Assembly (NCBI RefSeq): GCF_001194135.2
Contig: NC_068999.1
Coordinates: forward strand, 16,111,949-16,175,948
Source: Octopus bimaculoides
Taxonomy: Eukaryota
Length of the DNA stretch: 64,000 bases
Direction: 5' to 3'
The first letter of the stretch is position 1. Each line of letters starts with the position of its first letter. Positions 25,713 through 39,370 of the stretch are shown here, piece after piece. Made by a program: the position numbers and the translations under genes. The notes below the pieces were generated by a model. The model saw only the letters and a list, made by a program, of their open reading frames with translations. It did not search any database and was not told the DNA's origin.

Positions 25713-26518
25713 CAAAAGCCTACTTATACAGATATAAATATATACACGTATGGACACACCATGAACGTATACACTTATGGAAGAGCACACAAACACATAT
25801 ATTGATACACAGATAAATATAGAGCTAGACAAACACTGAGGGAGAGAGAGATAAAGACATAGACAAACATACTGTGAGACCGAAAGATAAATAGTTAACA
25901 AAGAGTAGTGTTTGAAGGATTAAGCGAATTGTTGAAAATCATTGTGTTGTGTAAGTTGATAACAATGCTGGAAGAACATTAAACATGAACATTTCTGTAT
26001 CAAAAATGCTCAAATGTTAACTTAGGAATATATAATTACCAATAACATTTCAGGGTAAAAATTCTTTCACGAAGATTTTAAAGAGAGTGAGATGGAGGAC
26101 ATGAACAGGGAGTCGGACAGAAAGGCTGACAGATCGACAAAGAGAGACTGACAGATAGACAAATATAGACTTAGTGAGACTTACAGACATAGAGCATGTC
26201 AAACAGAATACAAGCATGGCCAAAGATAACTTTTATGTCCATTCGGTGAATGTGCAGAATTGAAATAACGAAAATAAAAATAAAATGTTTAGGTAACATT
26301 TCAAAACTTCGTTATTGTAATTCATTTTTGGCAGTGTTCTTCATGAAGAGTCAATAACAGCAGCGTGTGTGTATTTGTGTGTGTATGAGTTAGTGCGTGT
26401 ATGTGATCATGTGATCGACCAGACTAGCGGATGTTGCTATACATCGCTGGTCACAATGTGGTTTGCATCGTTTCAGCCTTAAAATAATTCCACCCCCCTA
26501 ACTGGAAATCTATACTTA

Positions 26519-26749
26519 TTTCATTATTGCCCACAAGTGGCTACACACAGAGGGGACTAACAAGGGCAGACAAACGGATTAAGTCGATTATATTTACCCC
26601 AGTGCGTCACTGGTACTTATTTAATCGACCTCGAAAGGATGAAAGGCAAAGTCGACCTCGGCGGAATTTGAACTCAGAACGTGATGGCAGACGAAATACC
26701 GCTAAGCCTTTCGCCCGTCGTGCTACCGTTTCTGTAAGCTCGCCGCCTT
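26519..26749 (-). mobile_element. SINE family B, full length, with probable 11-bp TSD
   Basis: Near-identical to 1006-1232. TGGAAATCTAT occurs at 26503-26513 and 26763-26773, with a variant at 26752-26762. Confidence 0.92.
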
Positions 26750-26784
26750 ATTAGAAATCTATTGGAAATCTATTCTGTCGCAGC

Positions 26785-26906
26785 TGAGTAGTCTGGAGTA
26801 AGGAGAAATGATGTGTTTTGCTCAAGAACTCAACATGCCGTTCGGTCCGGAAATCGAACTCAAGATCGTTAGATCGTCAGAGCAACACCCTAACAACTGG
26901 GCCACA
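26785..26906 (-). mobile_element. tRNA-derived SINE 5' part (C/D-type head)
   Basis: Reverse complement TGTGGCCCAGTTGTTAGGGTGTTG...GAGTTCGATTTCCGGACCG has A- and B-box-like motifs, similar to the head at 52475. Confidence 0.8.
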
Positions 26907-27353
26907 TACATACATGTAAGTATATGTAAGTAAGTTAGCATGTCTATGTATATATTTATGGATATGTATGTATACACATAATAAAAAGAAACTACAAGAA
27001 AATGACTCAAAGGAGTTAGTAGTCTGCTTTGCAATTACTTACATATAATGGATACGATTGCTGAGTAGGATAAATTTTACGAAATTAATAAGTGTTGTTA
27101 ATGAATTACTACGTTCATTGAAAGGGACAAACTGAATGTTGTACTAGGAAATTAATCTGCACCTTTTTACTCACTGAGTTCATATTCAAGCAATATCGAC
27201 TTCCCTTGCATTGTTTACATTCAAGCACACTTAAGCAATAAAAGCTCATCTTTTATATGGAGTATATACACATCCAAATTTGGTGACCTTGTGGCAGTGC
27301 TAAAATTTGTTATTCGTATGTATTGTAATTTTTGTAAGCTCTATGATTGTAAT

Positions 27354-27404
<51 letters not shown>

Positions 27405-28130
27405 CCTCAAGGAAGTAGTGAACTGCTTGTATCAATTTTACAAACAAGTATCTTATGTAACTGAATGTAAGTAGTAAACGCCTTTTATGAATAACTTTAG
27501 GTTTGGCAGCCAGGTTTAATCTCTAGAGTTGTAAAATAACCTTTTATGTATATTGTTGATTCTGGTTCGGAAGCCAATGTGTTCTTTCCATTCTTCTTTC
27601 TACAAACTGAATACAAATGAAGTGAGGAGGATTGATGTTATAACTTTCCCTACCTAAATGTGAAATCATGCATTGTGCTAGGAATGATTGTTGTGAATAT
27701 TGTGCTTTATGTTGAAATAAACGCAGAGAACATATCTATGTGTAAACAACACTTCAACTAAAAATGTTGGTAAATTCACGGAACGAAAGGTTTTGAAGAA
27801 AAGACAGCAAAATGAGCGACGTGATATAGGAAAAGTACTGCTAAATTTACTGTAATGAATTAATAGTAGTATAGAAAGAAAATATTGAAATGTTTTTTCG
27901 AAATGCTCAGTTATATTTTGAATGATTTTCTTTCGTTCTGTTAATGATGTAATTTGAAATAGGTTTGATCACTTTACAATCAATTAATAGAGTGTTAAAT
28001 GAAGATCCGATATCATCACATATGATGTGTTAACATTGAAGAGATAAGCCGATTACTATTAAGTTATTCAAGAAATTAATGTACAAGTAAAAGTTTACTA
28101 CTCTCTATTTCACTCCAGGACATATAAACT

Positions 28131-28362
28131 GAGAGCTGCATGCTGTCTGCATTATGAATTGGAAGTTAATGCGTTGATACTGTTGACGTCTGCAAAGCTT
28201 TCGATTGCGTGTGGCAGCACGAACAAGAAACTGTTAGCGAAGTTGCATGCTCACACGTTTTAGTCTCCTCTCATCGCATGCATTTCATGTTTCTTCTCAG
28301 ACCAAACGTAATATTGTTCTCTATAGTGTATGTTAGTGCAAGTGAAATTCGGCACCTTGCAG
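28131..28362 (+). pseudogene. Decayed non-LTR retrotransposon (CR1/Jockey-like) reverse-transcriptase fragment
   Basis: Manual translation gives ESCMLSAL*IGS*CVDTVDVCKAFDCVWQH, then after a frameshift KLLAKLHAHTF*SPLIACISCFFSDQT...KFGTLQ. This is colinear with the LINE RT motif order DISKAFDRVWH...LL.KL...LISWISSFLS.R...SGVPQG. Confidence 0.65.
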
Positions 28363-29960
28363 AATATATCGAGAGCATCGATACATAGATTGAAATTAGC
28401 ACTCTCAGTTTTATGTAAGCATTCCTAACATCAAAGCTGTTCAAGCCATATGTATATAGTTTCTTTCAGAGAGTTCGTAAATGTGACTGCCGTATGCATT
28501 ATACTTACCTTATTTCTTTCTACGAATCTGCTTTATGGGAGACAAAGATTCTATTTGTAGCATGTCCATCGACCACGAGAAACCGCGCTTACTGATTTGA
28601 AATTTCAATATAGTCATTGATATTCACTAGTAACTCGCTAAAATTTATCTATTGAGGAAAGATAAATGCTAAATTCAACTTTAGCTGGAATGGAACTCGG
28701 AATGGGATGCAACTAACAAGCCTAGAGTATTATGACAGCCTCCTCAGTTAAGGATAAATGTAGCGTTATTCATGACAGAAAAAGAAACCGATACTATAAG
28801 TATTATTGTTGCTGTTTACAGTTTTATGGCTTCTTAGAACATCCATATTCTTTTGAATGTGTAGGTTTCATCATATAGATGATTATCGTTCGTTGGCTTA
28901 TACGCATGTCTAGCGTAATACTTGAAATATCGACTAAAGTTTTCAAATACCCATGTAACTTGTCAACATAGGAGCATTTACATCGTTGTATTTAAATGTT
29001 CATCAAATCACATCCTGATATCTAAAAACGGAAATGAGATACTGGATGATTTGGTCCTAGAAATACAGAACTTGTTTCATCATACATCGGCTTTATCGTG
29101 CTTCTTATGGGGTAAAATTACAGCAATAACACGTCAACCGTTTACAATAGATATTCTCAGTATAGAATACTGTATACTGGTAAGTAATATCTGCTGATAG
29201 ATGATGGAGACAAAAATCTAAGAGAACTGTGCCGTCAAAATCCCTCAAATATATTAGATAGTGGAATATGTTTAATTCCGTGAAATAGAGGGAAAATATG
29301 CTATCGTGTTGGAAAATATGTATGTTAGAGAGCAAACATTTATTTTCACTCTGATAAAAGCTTCGTTCTGACTGAATCATTATACTTCTCTTCATCATCC
29401 GAAATGATGAAGAAAATGATTTGAATAATTTGTATCAAAAAATTCCTGTTTGTAATATTTGTTACAAATAAAGAAAGGGAAGGAGAGAAAGGGGGAGGTA
29501 CAGAGAAAGAAACAGAGACAAAGAAAGGACAACTTCAGTAAAAGTGAAACGAACAGTAGACAATTCGTTTGGGTGTGACGCCATTTTCCGTATCGATCCT
29601 TTAATATCAGTGTAATTTATTTCGCTAAATTTGCATTTGACAAATATCTCCAACATGGATGTTCGTTAGTAATAGAAAACATATGTAGTGTATTTGTAAA
29701 AAGTACATTCTGTGTGTAAGCAACCACAGACACTGAGTCTGTTATCATCAATATTTTCAACTTTAATTTAAATTCTAATTTCTCTGTTTGTATTTAGTTC
29801 GACCAGAAATACGATACTCGTGTTTTGAATTTGTTAACATCGTATGAATATTCATCAAGGCTCTAATCGTTACATTTAATTACAATGGCACAGAGGGTCC
29901 ATAACGGCGGAATCAGACAGTTATGTATCTCGTTGTGTTGCTTGTTATCTATTTATTTTT

Positions 29961-30040
29961 CAATTCGAATCCCACCGGGGGCTGTCTTTACTTTAAATCG
30001 TTTTGGGAAGGTCAATAAATTAGTACTGCCAATAATAGAC
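29961..30040 (+). mobile_element. SINE family B fragment
   Basis: TTCGAATCCCACCGGGGGCTGTCTTTACTTT...GGTCAATAAATTAGTAC. Confidence 0.5.
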
Positions 30041-30257
30041 TAATTTTCGGTATAAGCAACTATACAAAATTCATTATAAATTGCTGAAGAAAAAGGAAAA
30101 TTAGCATATCTGCTTTCTTGTCTTGAACTAGATCAATTTAAGCAAAGAGACACACACAATTCTTCGTTATTTAGATTATTATCAATATTCCTCCCCAAAT
30201 TCTCGGATTCTCCCTGACAAAGCGAGTCTACGTACAACTTTCTTTTGAAGTGAGTGC

Positions 30258-30265
30258 TATATATG

Positions 30266-30298
<33 letters not shown>

Positions 30299-30299
30299 A

Positions 30300-30362
<63 letters not shown>
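30258..30362. repeat. (TA)n-(TG)n microsatellite
   Basis: About 85 bp of nearly pure TG. Confidence 0.95.
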
Positions 30363-30363
<1 letters not shown>

Positions 30364-30409
30364 TGCTTGTATCATCATACACACAAGGAAGTAATATTAT
30401 GAACGCAGT

Positions 30410-30810
30410 ATAACCGTGAAGACACCAAAAAGTTTGGGATTTTTTACATTTATATGACGGAAAAAGTTATCAGCAGATATGAGTGATATCCGAACTACAG
30501 CGGAGAAGGACAGCCACTAGATGTGGTTAAAAAGAGACGATGAGCGATGGCTAGAGAAATATTGAGCTTTATTTAATAACCAGTTGATCTGTAAGGGGAA
30601 CCGGTGCTCATTGACGCCGTCGAGAGGTAGGCCCCGAAACGGCTCGCATTCTCTCCTGATGACCCCATACACTTGCTGGTTTCCAGTATGTGGGGTTCTC
30701 GCCTGGTAGCACTTGCATGTGCGCGTTGTTTGCAAGACACCATAGGACTCGAACCCGCACCTCCCAGATACCGGCTGAGTACTCTAACAATGAAACTAAA
30801 CAATCTACTT
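30410..30810 (-). mobile_element. tRNA-headed ~400-bp element unlike families A-C (single copy in window)
   Basis: Minus strand shows a D-arm-like AGTTTCATTGTTAGAGT, anticodon arm CTCAG-CCGGTAT-CTGGG, B-box GGTTCGAGTCC, a GC-rich structured body, and AATAAA (complement at 30568-30573). Confidence 0.7.
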
Positions 30811-32072
30811 AGAACAGTCGTCCACCAAATTTGAACTCTAAATAGACAGCTTATTTTGAAATACAACGTATTTAAACAAACTTTCTTATTTTCTTTATTC
30901 TTTTTTTTTTTGAGCGTTATGATTCGATACACATTTGATGTTTCTGGAAGCAAAAACGAGAGAAAAAGTATGTATGTGTAGTCGTACATAAGTATACGCA
31001 GGCGTGTTTACGTTTCCATACATATCATTTCACTACATCTAGCTGTTCTTGGACCCACACAAGCAGAAATTAGCAATGTCGCATTCCAAATAATTCCGTC
31101 TTCGCTAGAATGAATCTGCGGAAACGTCATACCCGTTTTCGAAAGGATATATATATATATATATATATATATTATGATATATTATACTATATTATATTAT
31201 ATTATATTATATTATATATCATGAAAATTCCGGAACCATCAATTTCATAGATCTCGCGGATTGAATCTTTTGTAATTATTACTGAGAAAATAAACGTTGG
31301 GATATTTCCAAAAGCTCTTGTAACTATAGTTGCACGATTTTGGCATTTTGTCCATTTTACTATCCTTGCGAAAGTATCATAACAATATGATATTAACTCC
31401 AGTTTCAAATTTCATCTTATCAAACAATAAAATTCTCCAGGAAATCAAGTGTCAATGCCATTTAGTTTCCTGGAGAATTTTCAATCAATTCTCTTGTGGT
31501 GGTTTTAACAAATAAAGTCGAGTGTATTGAAGAAATAAGGAGCCGATTGTTTGTGCTTAGTGTATTACTCAATTGTTCATTAAGAATTAAGAAATACGAG
31601 GAATGAACTTAGACTTTAGAAAAGGACCCAGATTTTCGTTTTGAATGCAAATAAGCACACACACATATTGTTAAAAGCACTATGATATTTCTCTCTCATG
31701 TTGATTAATCCACTATGGTTATTCAGTCGGAAATGTTATAAAAGAGCGTACGTTTTGTTCCAGTTTAAATGAATCGAAAAACCTCTATGACTTATAGTTT
31801 ATATTGTTCGTCATGATAATGGTGATAATGATGATGGTGACGATAATGATAATAATGAGAGATGGAAGAAAAGGAAGAAGAAGAGGAGGAGGAGGAAGAT
31901 GGGGGTGCATGAGTGATAGTGGTTGCAGTTATTGCGGTAGTAGTCTACGTTGTTTCTGTTGCCTGTCCAGTGATAAATCGCGTTACAAGTGTTTCTCTTT
32001 CGCCAACCAAGCGCTTGATATAATGTGGCATATCTCTCACTCTCTCTTGCCCTCGCTTTCTCTGTCTATCTA

Positions 32073-32084
<12 letters not shown>

Positions 32085-32125
<41 letters not shown>

Positions 32126-32320
32126 NNNNNNNNNNNNNNNNNNNNNNNNNNNNNNNNNNNNNNNNNNNNNNNNNNNNNNNNNNNNNNNNNNNNNNNNNNN
32201 NNNNNNNNNNNNNNNNNNNNNNNNNNNNNNNNNNNNNNNNNNNNNNNNNNNNNNNNNNNNNNNNNNNNNNNNNNNNNNNNNNNNNNNNNNNNNNNNNNNN
32301 NNNNNNNNNNNNNNNNNNNN

Positions 32321-32369
<49 letters not shown>

Positions 32370-32422
32370 AAGTATTAGTAGTAGTAGCAGCAGCATCAGC
32401 AGCAGCAGCAGCAGTAATAGTG

Positions 32423-32480
<58 letters not shown>
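32085..32480. repeat. (CT)n, gap, then (TAG)n/(CAG)n microsatellite complex
   Basis: Direct inspection; gap 32126-32320. Confidence 0.93.
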
Positions 32481-32481
<1 letters not shown>

Positions 32482-33940
32482 TATTTTGTTGTTGTTATTG
32501 TTGTTATTGTTGTTCTGGTTTGTGGTGGTCGTGGTGGTTGTCAGCTCCAGGCCAGCTCCACGTCATTTATTATTTTGAACCTGATCTTCACCAACATTTG
32601 ATAAAATCTCTATTTTTCATTTTAGGAATTTGCACTTTCGGACTTTGGAACGTCATCGGAATCTTTAGATCTGCTAGAAATAGAAGCCTAATCTTACACG
32701 AAGGCAAAAGGCAGCGTAGGGATTCAGAAATATGACATATGACATTCTAATCCTAGCTGCAATGTGAGTGGGAGTTTAAATAAGTTGGGTGGGAATTTGT
32801 GGAATAATTTGGGGCAGGACTATTGTTACACCCATCAACAAAAATGTCAACCACGAAAACATGCGTTACAAAATATGTGGATATTTATGTAATTACGAAA
32901 GAGACCAGAAACTGAGCAGTATTTAGTTTAGCTGTTCTACGGCCATTTCAACAGAGTCCAATACTTATTTTCATTAAGAAACTAGTAACAAAACTCCATA
33001 CCATTCGTGAACGAGCTCCGTCGGTTTTCACGGTGAATATTAATTTGTTCGATCAGCTGAACTATATTCTTGTGTTAGCATGCAAGTGGTCAAATATTCA
33101 GGTGACAGTTGTGCTCTAAATATAACCTCCGAAGCACAACCAGCCTAGAACAGTGAAATACAGGTTGATCCATCTGAAAGACATTCCTTTCTTTCCGTCT
33201 CTGTCTGATAGACCAGAGACTACAGTAAATTGCAGACATTCAAGAAAGCGTACTGTGTAAGATCGAACCTAAAACACGATGATCGAGAAGCGAAATTTCT
33301 TGAGCATTCCTGCATGTTGCCTCCATTATACCAATAATACACAAGCATTCTTTTTCAGTAGTTCGTATCTCCTCGTATAGATAATCCAAAGCAATCTATT
33401 TAATCATTTTCTGGCAATAGCACCAAAATGATAACTGAAAGGTGACCTAAAAAATATCACTTGTCACCACATTTCTTTAGCTATAAACAGTTGAATACTT
33501 CTAAATGTTTTTCTGGTATTAAAATCTCACTGCTGATTTGTTGAGGTTCTGTAGTCAGGCCTTAGATCTCTTCATACTAGCGAGTATGAAAAAAAGAAAC
33601 TATGAATGCCAGAGAGCAATGAAGTACTTCAATCTTTTTAAAAAAATGATAATTGGAAAAACGCTTCATGGTTTTCCATTGCAATTACATTGGAAGTATA
33701 TAAAGGCTTTTGGATTATCAAAAGACACGCGTTAGCACAAAGGTGCTCACAGAATATTGAAGTGTAAATCCTTGCTTATGGAGCCGTGAAATCGAATTTT
33801 CCTTCACATGGAAATCCATGTACAAAACTATATTAGAATAAAAGTATATGCGCCTAAAACTGAATACATAGCATAAACGTACTGCAGATAAATGCAAAGA
33901 AGAGATAAACTGAGTTAATTTTCTAAAAATCTTCGTGCCT

Positions 33941-34320
33941 GTCATCTTTACGAATCCATTGCAGACGTCATTGCCATTTAATACGTATATCAGTTAACTT
34001 ACATATAAAGAAAATTCCTTGAATTTCTCAGTGATAAAAATATTCATCACGCAAGCGTATTCTCTGTCGCCTCGTACGATTTCATAGCGGAAATTATGGC
34101 GTTGCTCGATCAACTCGTTCATTGTGTATGTAAATTAGATATATTTCATCTCATTAGGGAACCCTCCTCGTGAAATGAAGTATCGCTGGCAACTCTCATG
34201 CATGACTTGTTCAGGTTTGACTTGCTATTAATATAATCCCATGGCAGCAATTCCAGAATATCTTTAATTATCTATTCTACAGCTAATAACACCTCTTGCT
34301 CGTCATGCCTTCACTTTCCA
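33941..34320 (+). pseudogene. Highly decayed CR1/Jockey-like LINE C-terminal fragment
   Basis: Frame-broken translations (FNTYIS; KYSS; ALLDQ; FHLIREPSS; LLI*SHGSNS) follow the order of LINE post-RT motifs (WNSYIS; RKYFS; LLDRIQ; AIRLINDPSL; YRYYHGRCS). Judged by eye only. Confidence 0.35.
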
Positions 34321-36522
34321 TTACAACTTATCGGCTTTGATACGAGTTGAAGTTTTAACATTCTTTACAAAAATAAGGGAATTCCGCAGAAGCTGGTTGG
34401 TTACATTTCGCTTAGAAAATCTGAAGGTAAGGTTGATACAAAATTATAACTTGATAACAGTAACTTATAATTTATTTTATCAAAGAACAAAAGCTATTGA
34501 TTTCCTGTTGATTTCCTAAATCAATAACCTTGTCAACCTTCATACAGCCGAAATCAAAGAAACAAAACAAAATTAATATTTGTGCACAAATATCTGAAAG
34601 ATTGTACAGACTTATAAATTGATAATTGGGGAGTAACGATTTTTCATTCCAATTACATTGAAAAGATAAAAGGCTAGTGGATTATCAAAAGACAAAAGGC
34701 TTGAAAATTATCAACTGAACAATGAAAGGAAAAAAAAGAAGCAAAAAGAAGAAAAAAGAAACGAAAAGTGAAAGAAACAAGTCATAAAGTAAAACATAAT
34801 ACTGGTATATACTTAGTTGAAATCGACTGAATTGTTGATTGTTCGGAATGTAATGAATTAACGTGTTAATTAGTTACTAAATATGAAACAATACACGTGT
34901 GTAGGGTGAACCTAAGGTTAGTATATTATTCATTGAAAATATATCTTTTCTATGTTACTTTTATATACGAGATACTTTTCGCCCTCAGTAGAATAGAATT
35001 ATTGCCAATAATTCATCTTATTTTGATCAATGATTTCAAAAACTAATGTGCAACAATCTATCAACTATAAAAAGCAATATGCACGTCAACCTTTACAATC
35101 ACATTCTCCATTTTAAATTTACGTATTGTGTAAGACAGCCATGGGTGAGGGTTTGGTTGTGCGGTTACGAAGTTTCTTTCACGGCCACGTGATTCAAGTC
35201 CATCTTTCGACCTCGCAAGGCATTTATCAACCACAATCAACTGCACCATATACATGTCGAAACTGTTAGAAAATACGATCAAGGAGAGATCTCTTTGCAG
35301 TTAAACCAACTTTTTAACTAAACAGTCATTTCCCGGAAAACAAATGCTAATCTAATAATGAATAAATTCAAAATGAATTATCTTTAATTAACAGATATTT
35401 CAATGAAACTGACATGTTATTTCAGGGTTGCAAAGCGAAATAACTATAGTTAGACTTGCTTATCAGAGACCTTCAAATATTTGGGTTATTCTTGATGGGA
35501 CTCTGTTCTCAAAATGACTTGCTAGTAACATTTTACCCCAGTCAGTTTTACCACCATGAGAGATATGCTAGTAACAACAGCAAACTCTCCTCAAATCACA
35601 TCCTAAAATGAAATAAAGCAATGAAAATTTCCTTTTAGACAATATAATCTTACTTCAAGCTATACAAAAATCAGGAATTATTACAGTTGGGCAATATTTA
35701 ATCTTAGATATGCTGAATAAACGCAAATATTGGGATAAATAATAAATAAATAAGTAAATAAAATATAAAGTAACAAAACATATGAGCCCAGCTCCTACTA
35801 CAAAGAATTGCACATCGACTATATATTATTGCTTTCACAGGGAACAGCTTGAAGCATTGTATGCTTATATTCTTACTTTTTTCAATATATGAATTTTTCA
35901 TGTTAAGACACAATATCTATAGTGTTTATAGATATGATACAACCAATTAAATCAACTTGGTGTAATACTGGTGATTTTTTATTGATCATGGAGGGATGGG
36001 AATCAGAATCGATTCTTTTTGCCGAGTCGATCCTGAAGTAACTAAATGTCTAATACTAATTCAAGAATATCAATATTGAAAATGTTTCGATCGGCGATCA
36101 ACTTCTTACACAGAACTGACCACACATTCTTGCTTCTTGGATATATTGAAATATTCGGTTTGTGAAAGTCACAACATAGAACATGTATAGTATAATGTTA
36201 TACGATAAAATCAGTCAGCGAGAATACATCTTTGTTTACAGTCAATGATATTTAATAACAGCTAAAAAATGTAGCTTTTACGTGGTTCAACGATCTACTA
36301 GAAAAGGTAGCAATATATTTTTCAAAAACAACCCCAACATTCTTAAATGCTTTAATGACACATTGCGTTATGTAAAAAAAAAAAAGTTATGTGTTTGGGC
36401 TTCCATGGTCGAATACTTTTGATCACAGGTCTCCCTATTAGTTCAGGACGTGGGCTAATCAAAAACAACAAAACATTAATAAAACTATGAGATACAACAA
36501 ATGCTGTAGGGAGCTGTGTGTG

Positions 36523-36700
36523 TGGGGGGGGGCACTCAATTAGATCGACTTCAGTACGCAACGGGTACTTAATTTATCGACCCTGAAAGAATGAAAGGCA
36601 AAGTCGGCCACGTTGGAATTTGAACTCAGAACGTAAAGACAGACGAAATACCGCTAATCATTTCGCCCGGCGTGCTAACGTTTCTCCTAGCTCACCGCCT
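36523..36700 (-). mobile_element. SINE family B
   Basis: GAATGAAAGGCAAAGTCGG...GAATTTGAACTCAGAACGTAAAGACAGACGAAATACCGCTAA...CTCACCGCCT. Confidence 0.9.
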
Positions 36701-37057
36701 ATACATATATTTACATTCATGTGCGTGTGTGTTTGTATGTATGGTGTGTTTTGTGCGAGAGAATGTGCGTAGGTACTTGTGTTTGTTTCCGTATGCATAA
36801 ACATACATACAAAATGCACACACACATACATACATACATGCAAATACACACACACACACTATATATATATATATATATATATTATCCATCAGTATGGAAC
36901 AATAGTCCCATGCTGATGGATAATGACCCCCTTCGGTCATGTATGACCATGAGATTGCACCTAGAGAGTTCCCCTCCAAGACACAAGTCCGGGTAAGATT
37001 GTTTATGGAAAACTAGCAGTCACCCATTCGTGCCACCCTCGCCTCTCAACGGCACAA

Positions 37058-37120
37058 CCCTGTCCGGGAATCGAACTCACTACCAAATAATTGTAAGTCC
37101 TGCGCTCTAACCATTGAGAC
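37058..37120 (-). mobile_element. tRNA-derived SINE head fragment
   Basis: Reverse complement CTCAATGGTTAGAGCGCAGGAC...GAGTTCGATTCCCGGACAGGG has A/B boxes but no complete cloverleaf. Confidence 0.65.
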
Positions 37121-38674
37121 TTCTAATCAATAAGAATGAATGCTTAATAACTATATTTGTTTATTTTACGTTCCTTCCTATGGTGTAAAAAGAAAATGCT
37201 TGTCTATAAAAGACATCACTTTACAACAGTTTTGTTAGCATTTCTTTGGTTACTGTTTATCTTGGAAATATTTTTTAAAAATATCATGCGTATGTGAATG
37301 AAGTAGACTGATAATTTCGCGAAAACATGCGAAAGAAACTGTAATTTGACAATATAGCTTAATAAGGGAGTTTTGTACAAGAGAGACAATGTGTGCTAGT
37401 GTGTGCGTGTGTGTAACCAACATAACACTAATATTGTGAAGAAGTCTAAATATAAGCGTTAATATCAATGATAGAATACGCAGTTTGCTTTCTGAAATAT
37501 TTTCTTCAAAGAAGAAAACAATAACGTTATCGCCTTGTAGAGTCTTATTTAATAAACTCTTGAATAAAATATGAGTTTTGTTCTGTTTTTATTCTTTTTG
37601 ATCTATATGATAAAAGAGAATAACCAAAAACTGAAATATTCGATGTTTTTCCAGAACAGATTGACTGGCGCACATTTTTGTTGGTTCTCAGACGCTATTA
37701 AATTAGAACGAGTATTGCTACTTGTATGATTTATCTTATTGAAACTGAAGCAGCAATTTTACTTGGAATTTATAGACGAGGTGATGACACAGGGGAGCAA
37801 AAGATAAATAAAAACGCGTAGATGTTAATTATCAATCTTTAACAATGATCGTTGTCACTGCATCATCAAATACATCGCAGTTCGTTTTAGCTTCTCTGGT
37901 AATATAATGAAAATAGATGAATAAAAATAGGATATTTTCTTCCAATCGAAACTCTTTGATAAATTTCACTATATAATGATTAGAGATTAAATCACAGGAT
38001 CTGCATAACATCGAACTCAAAATTGTGCAAGCAAGAAGGTTTTCAGAGGCAACACCGGGTATTTTACCATCATTAAATAAAAAAAATCTATGTACGAATA
38101 AAGAGGAAATTTCGTTTAATTCATATTCAGCCTATTAAAAGAAGGGGAAATACAAATATTAGATGTGGAAACCTATATATGAAATTTTGAAAAAAGCTGT
38201 ATTGTCAGGCAGGGTCATCTTTGGATTGTGATACTATCATTAGGAAACAAAACCAGGATAAATGCCAACGTAAATAAATGGTTGGATGCGAGGAATATCT
38301 AAATATTCTGTGCTAAAGGGAAACAGGTATGGAAGAATTTTCCTCACCCATGGTGTAGTTGCTCTTCATTATGTCTCGACTAGTCCTGTTTGAGCAAACA
38401 AAGAAGATATTCCACTCATGACTATCCTGCCTTTAGTGATTTGGCAATTCCTCACGTGAGATAATAAGAAGTAATTTTCGAGAGATTATGCTGCGACGTC
38501 TAGCACAACACGTTGCCAAATCTATAACGCTGAAAGGAAGTTTGGCTTCAAGACACACGCAGCTGAAGTAAACGCGTTATACACAATATATTGTTGAAAC
38601 AACGTTCCTTTCTGTGGCCAGCGGATGAAGTAGATAGACATTCGTATACATTTTTATGCAGTAATCACTCTCTC

Positions 38675-38705
<31 letters not shown>

Positions 38706-38706
38706 G

Positions 38707-38710
<4 letters not shown>

Positions 38711-38767
<57 letters not shown>
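38711..38767. repeat. (CT)n microsatellite
   Basis: Direct inspection. Confidence 0.95.
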
Positions 38768-38771
<4 letters not shown>

Positions 38772-39229
38772 ACCTACTTACTTCTCTGTCTATTTATCTA
38801 GCTATTCTTCATATATGTCTGTGTGTGTGTGTGTGTGTTATATTTATATGACGCAATGTATTACTTTAAGTGTCTTGACAATTTCTTCACCTCATTTAAT
38901 GGACATTGTTGCTTAATATCGTTCCAACGGTGTTCCATGTTTATTGCGTCTAGGCGAAAATGTGTATGACGATATATTTCAGTACTAGATTCCGAGAGCG
39001 GGATCTATAATATTTACAGTAAGTTTACCGTGCTCGTATAGTTCGTGTTTCATGCTAGCCTAGCTTGGCAGATAACAATCATCAGTCAGTTACTTATCCG
39101 ACTGTGCGCCAAAGTATATCGAGTTTATTGTGGTTATTGACTAACCAAACTATAACGGATATCTAAGCAAATCGCTAATGATATTTGATCCGATCTCTCA
39201 ACAAGAAAACCAGGCTATCAGCTATAACC

Positions 39230-39321
39230 TCTGTGTGTGTATGTGTGTATACTTACTCACACACACATACATACACGCATATATATTTATACATATGTAT
39301 CTATGTAAATATCAGCATATG

Positions 39322-39370
<49 letters not shown>

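Noticed and set aside
27549-27584. YIVDSGSEANVF, resembling an LTR-retrotransposon aspartic protease motif
   Set aside because: Bounded by stops within a few codons, and no gag, RT or integrase remnants were seen nearby.
29389-29413. 10-bp perfect hairpin TCTTCATCAT/ATGATGAAGA
   Set aside because: Short and built from low-complexity CAT/GAT triplets; expected by chance.
30620-30700. GAAAC...CTGATGA as a type II hammerhead
   Set aside because: Only about 16 nt separate the motifs, too few for stems III and I, and stem II partners are not complementary (CCCC versus CCCC).
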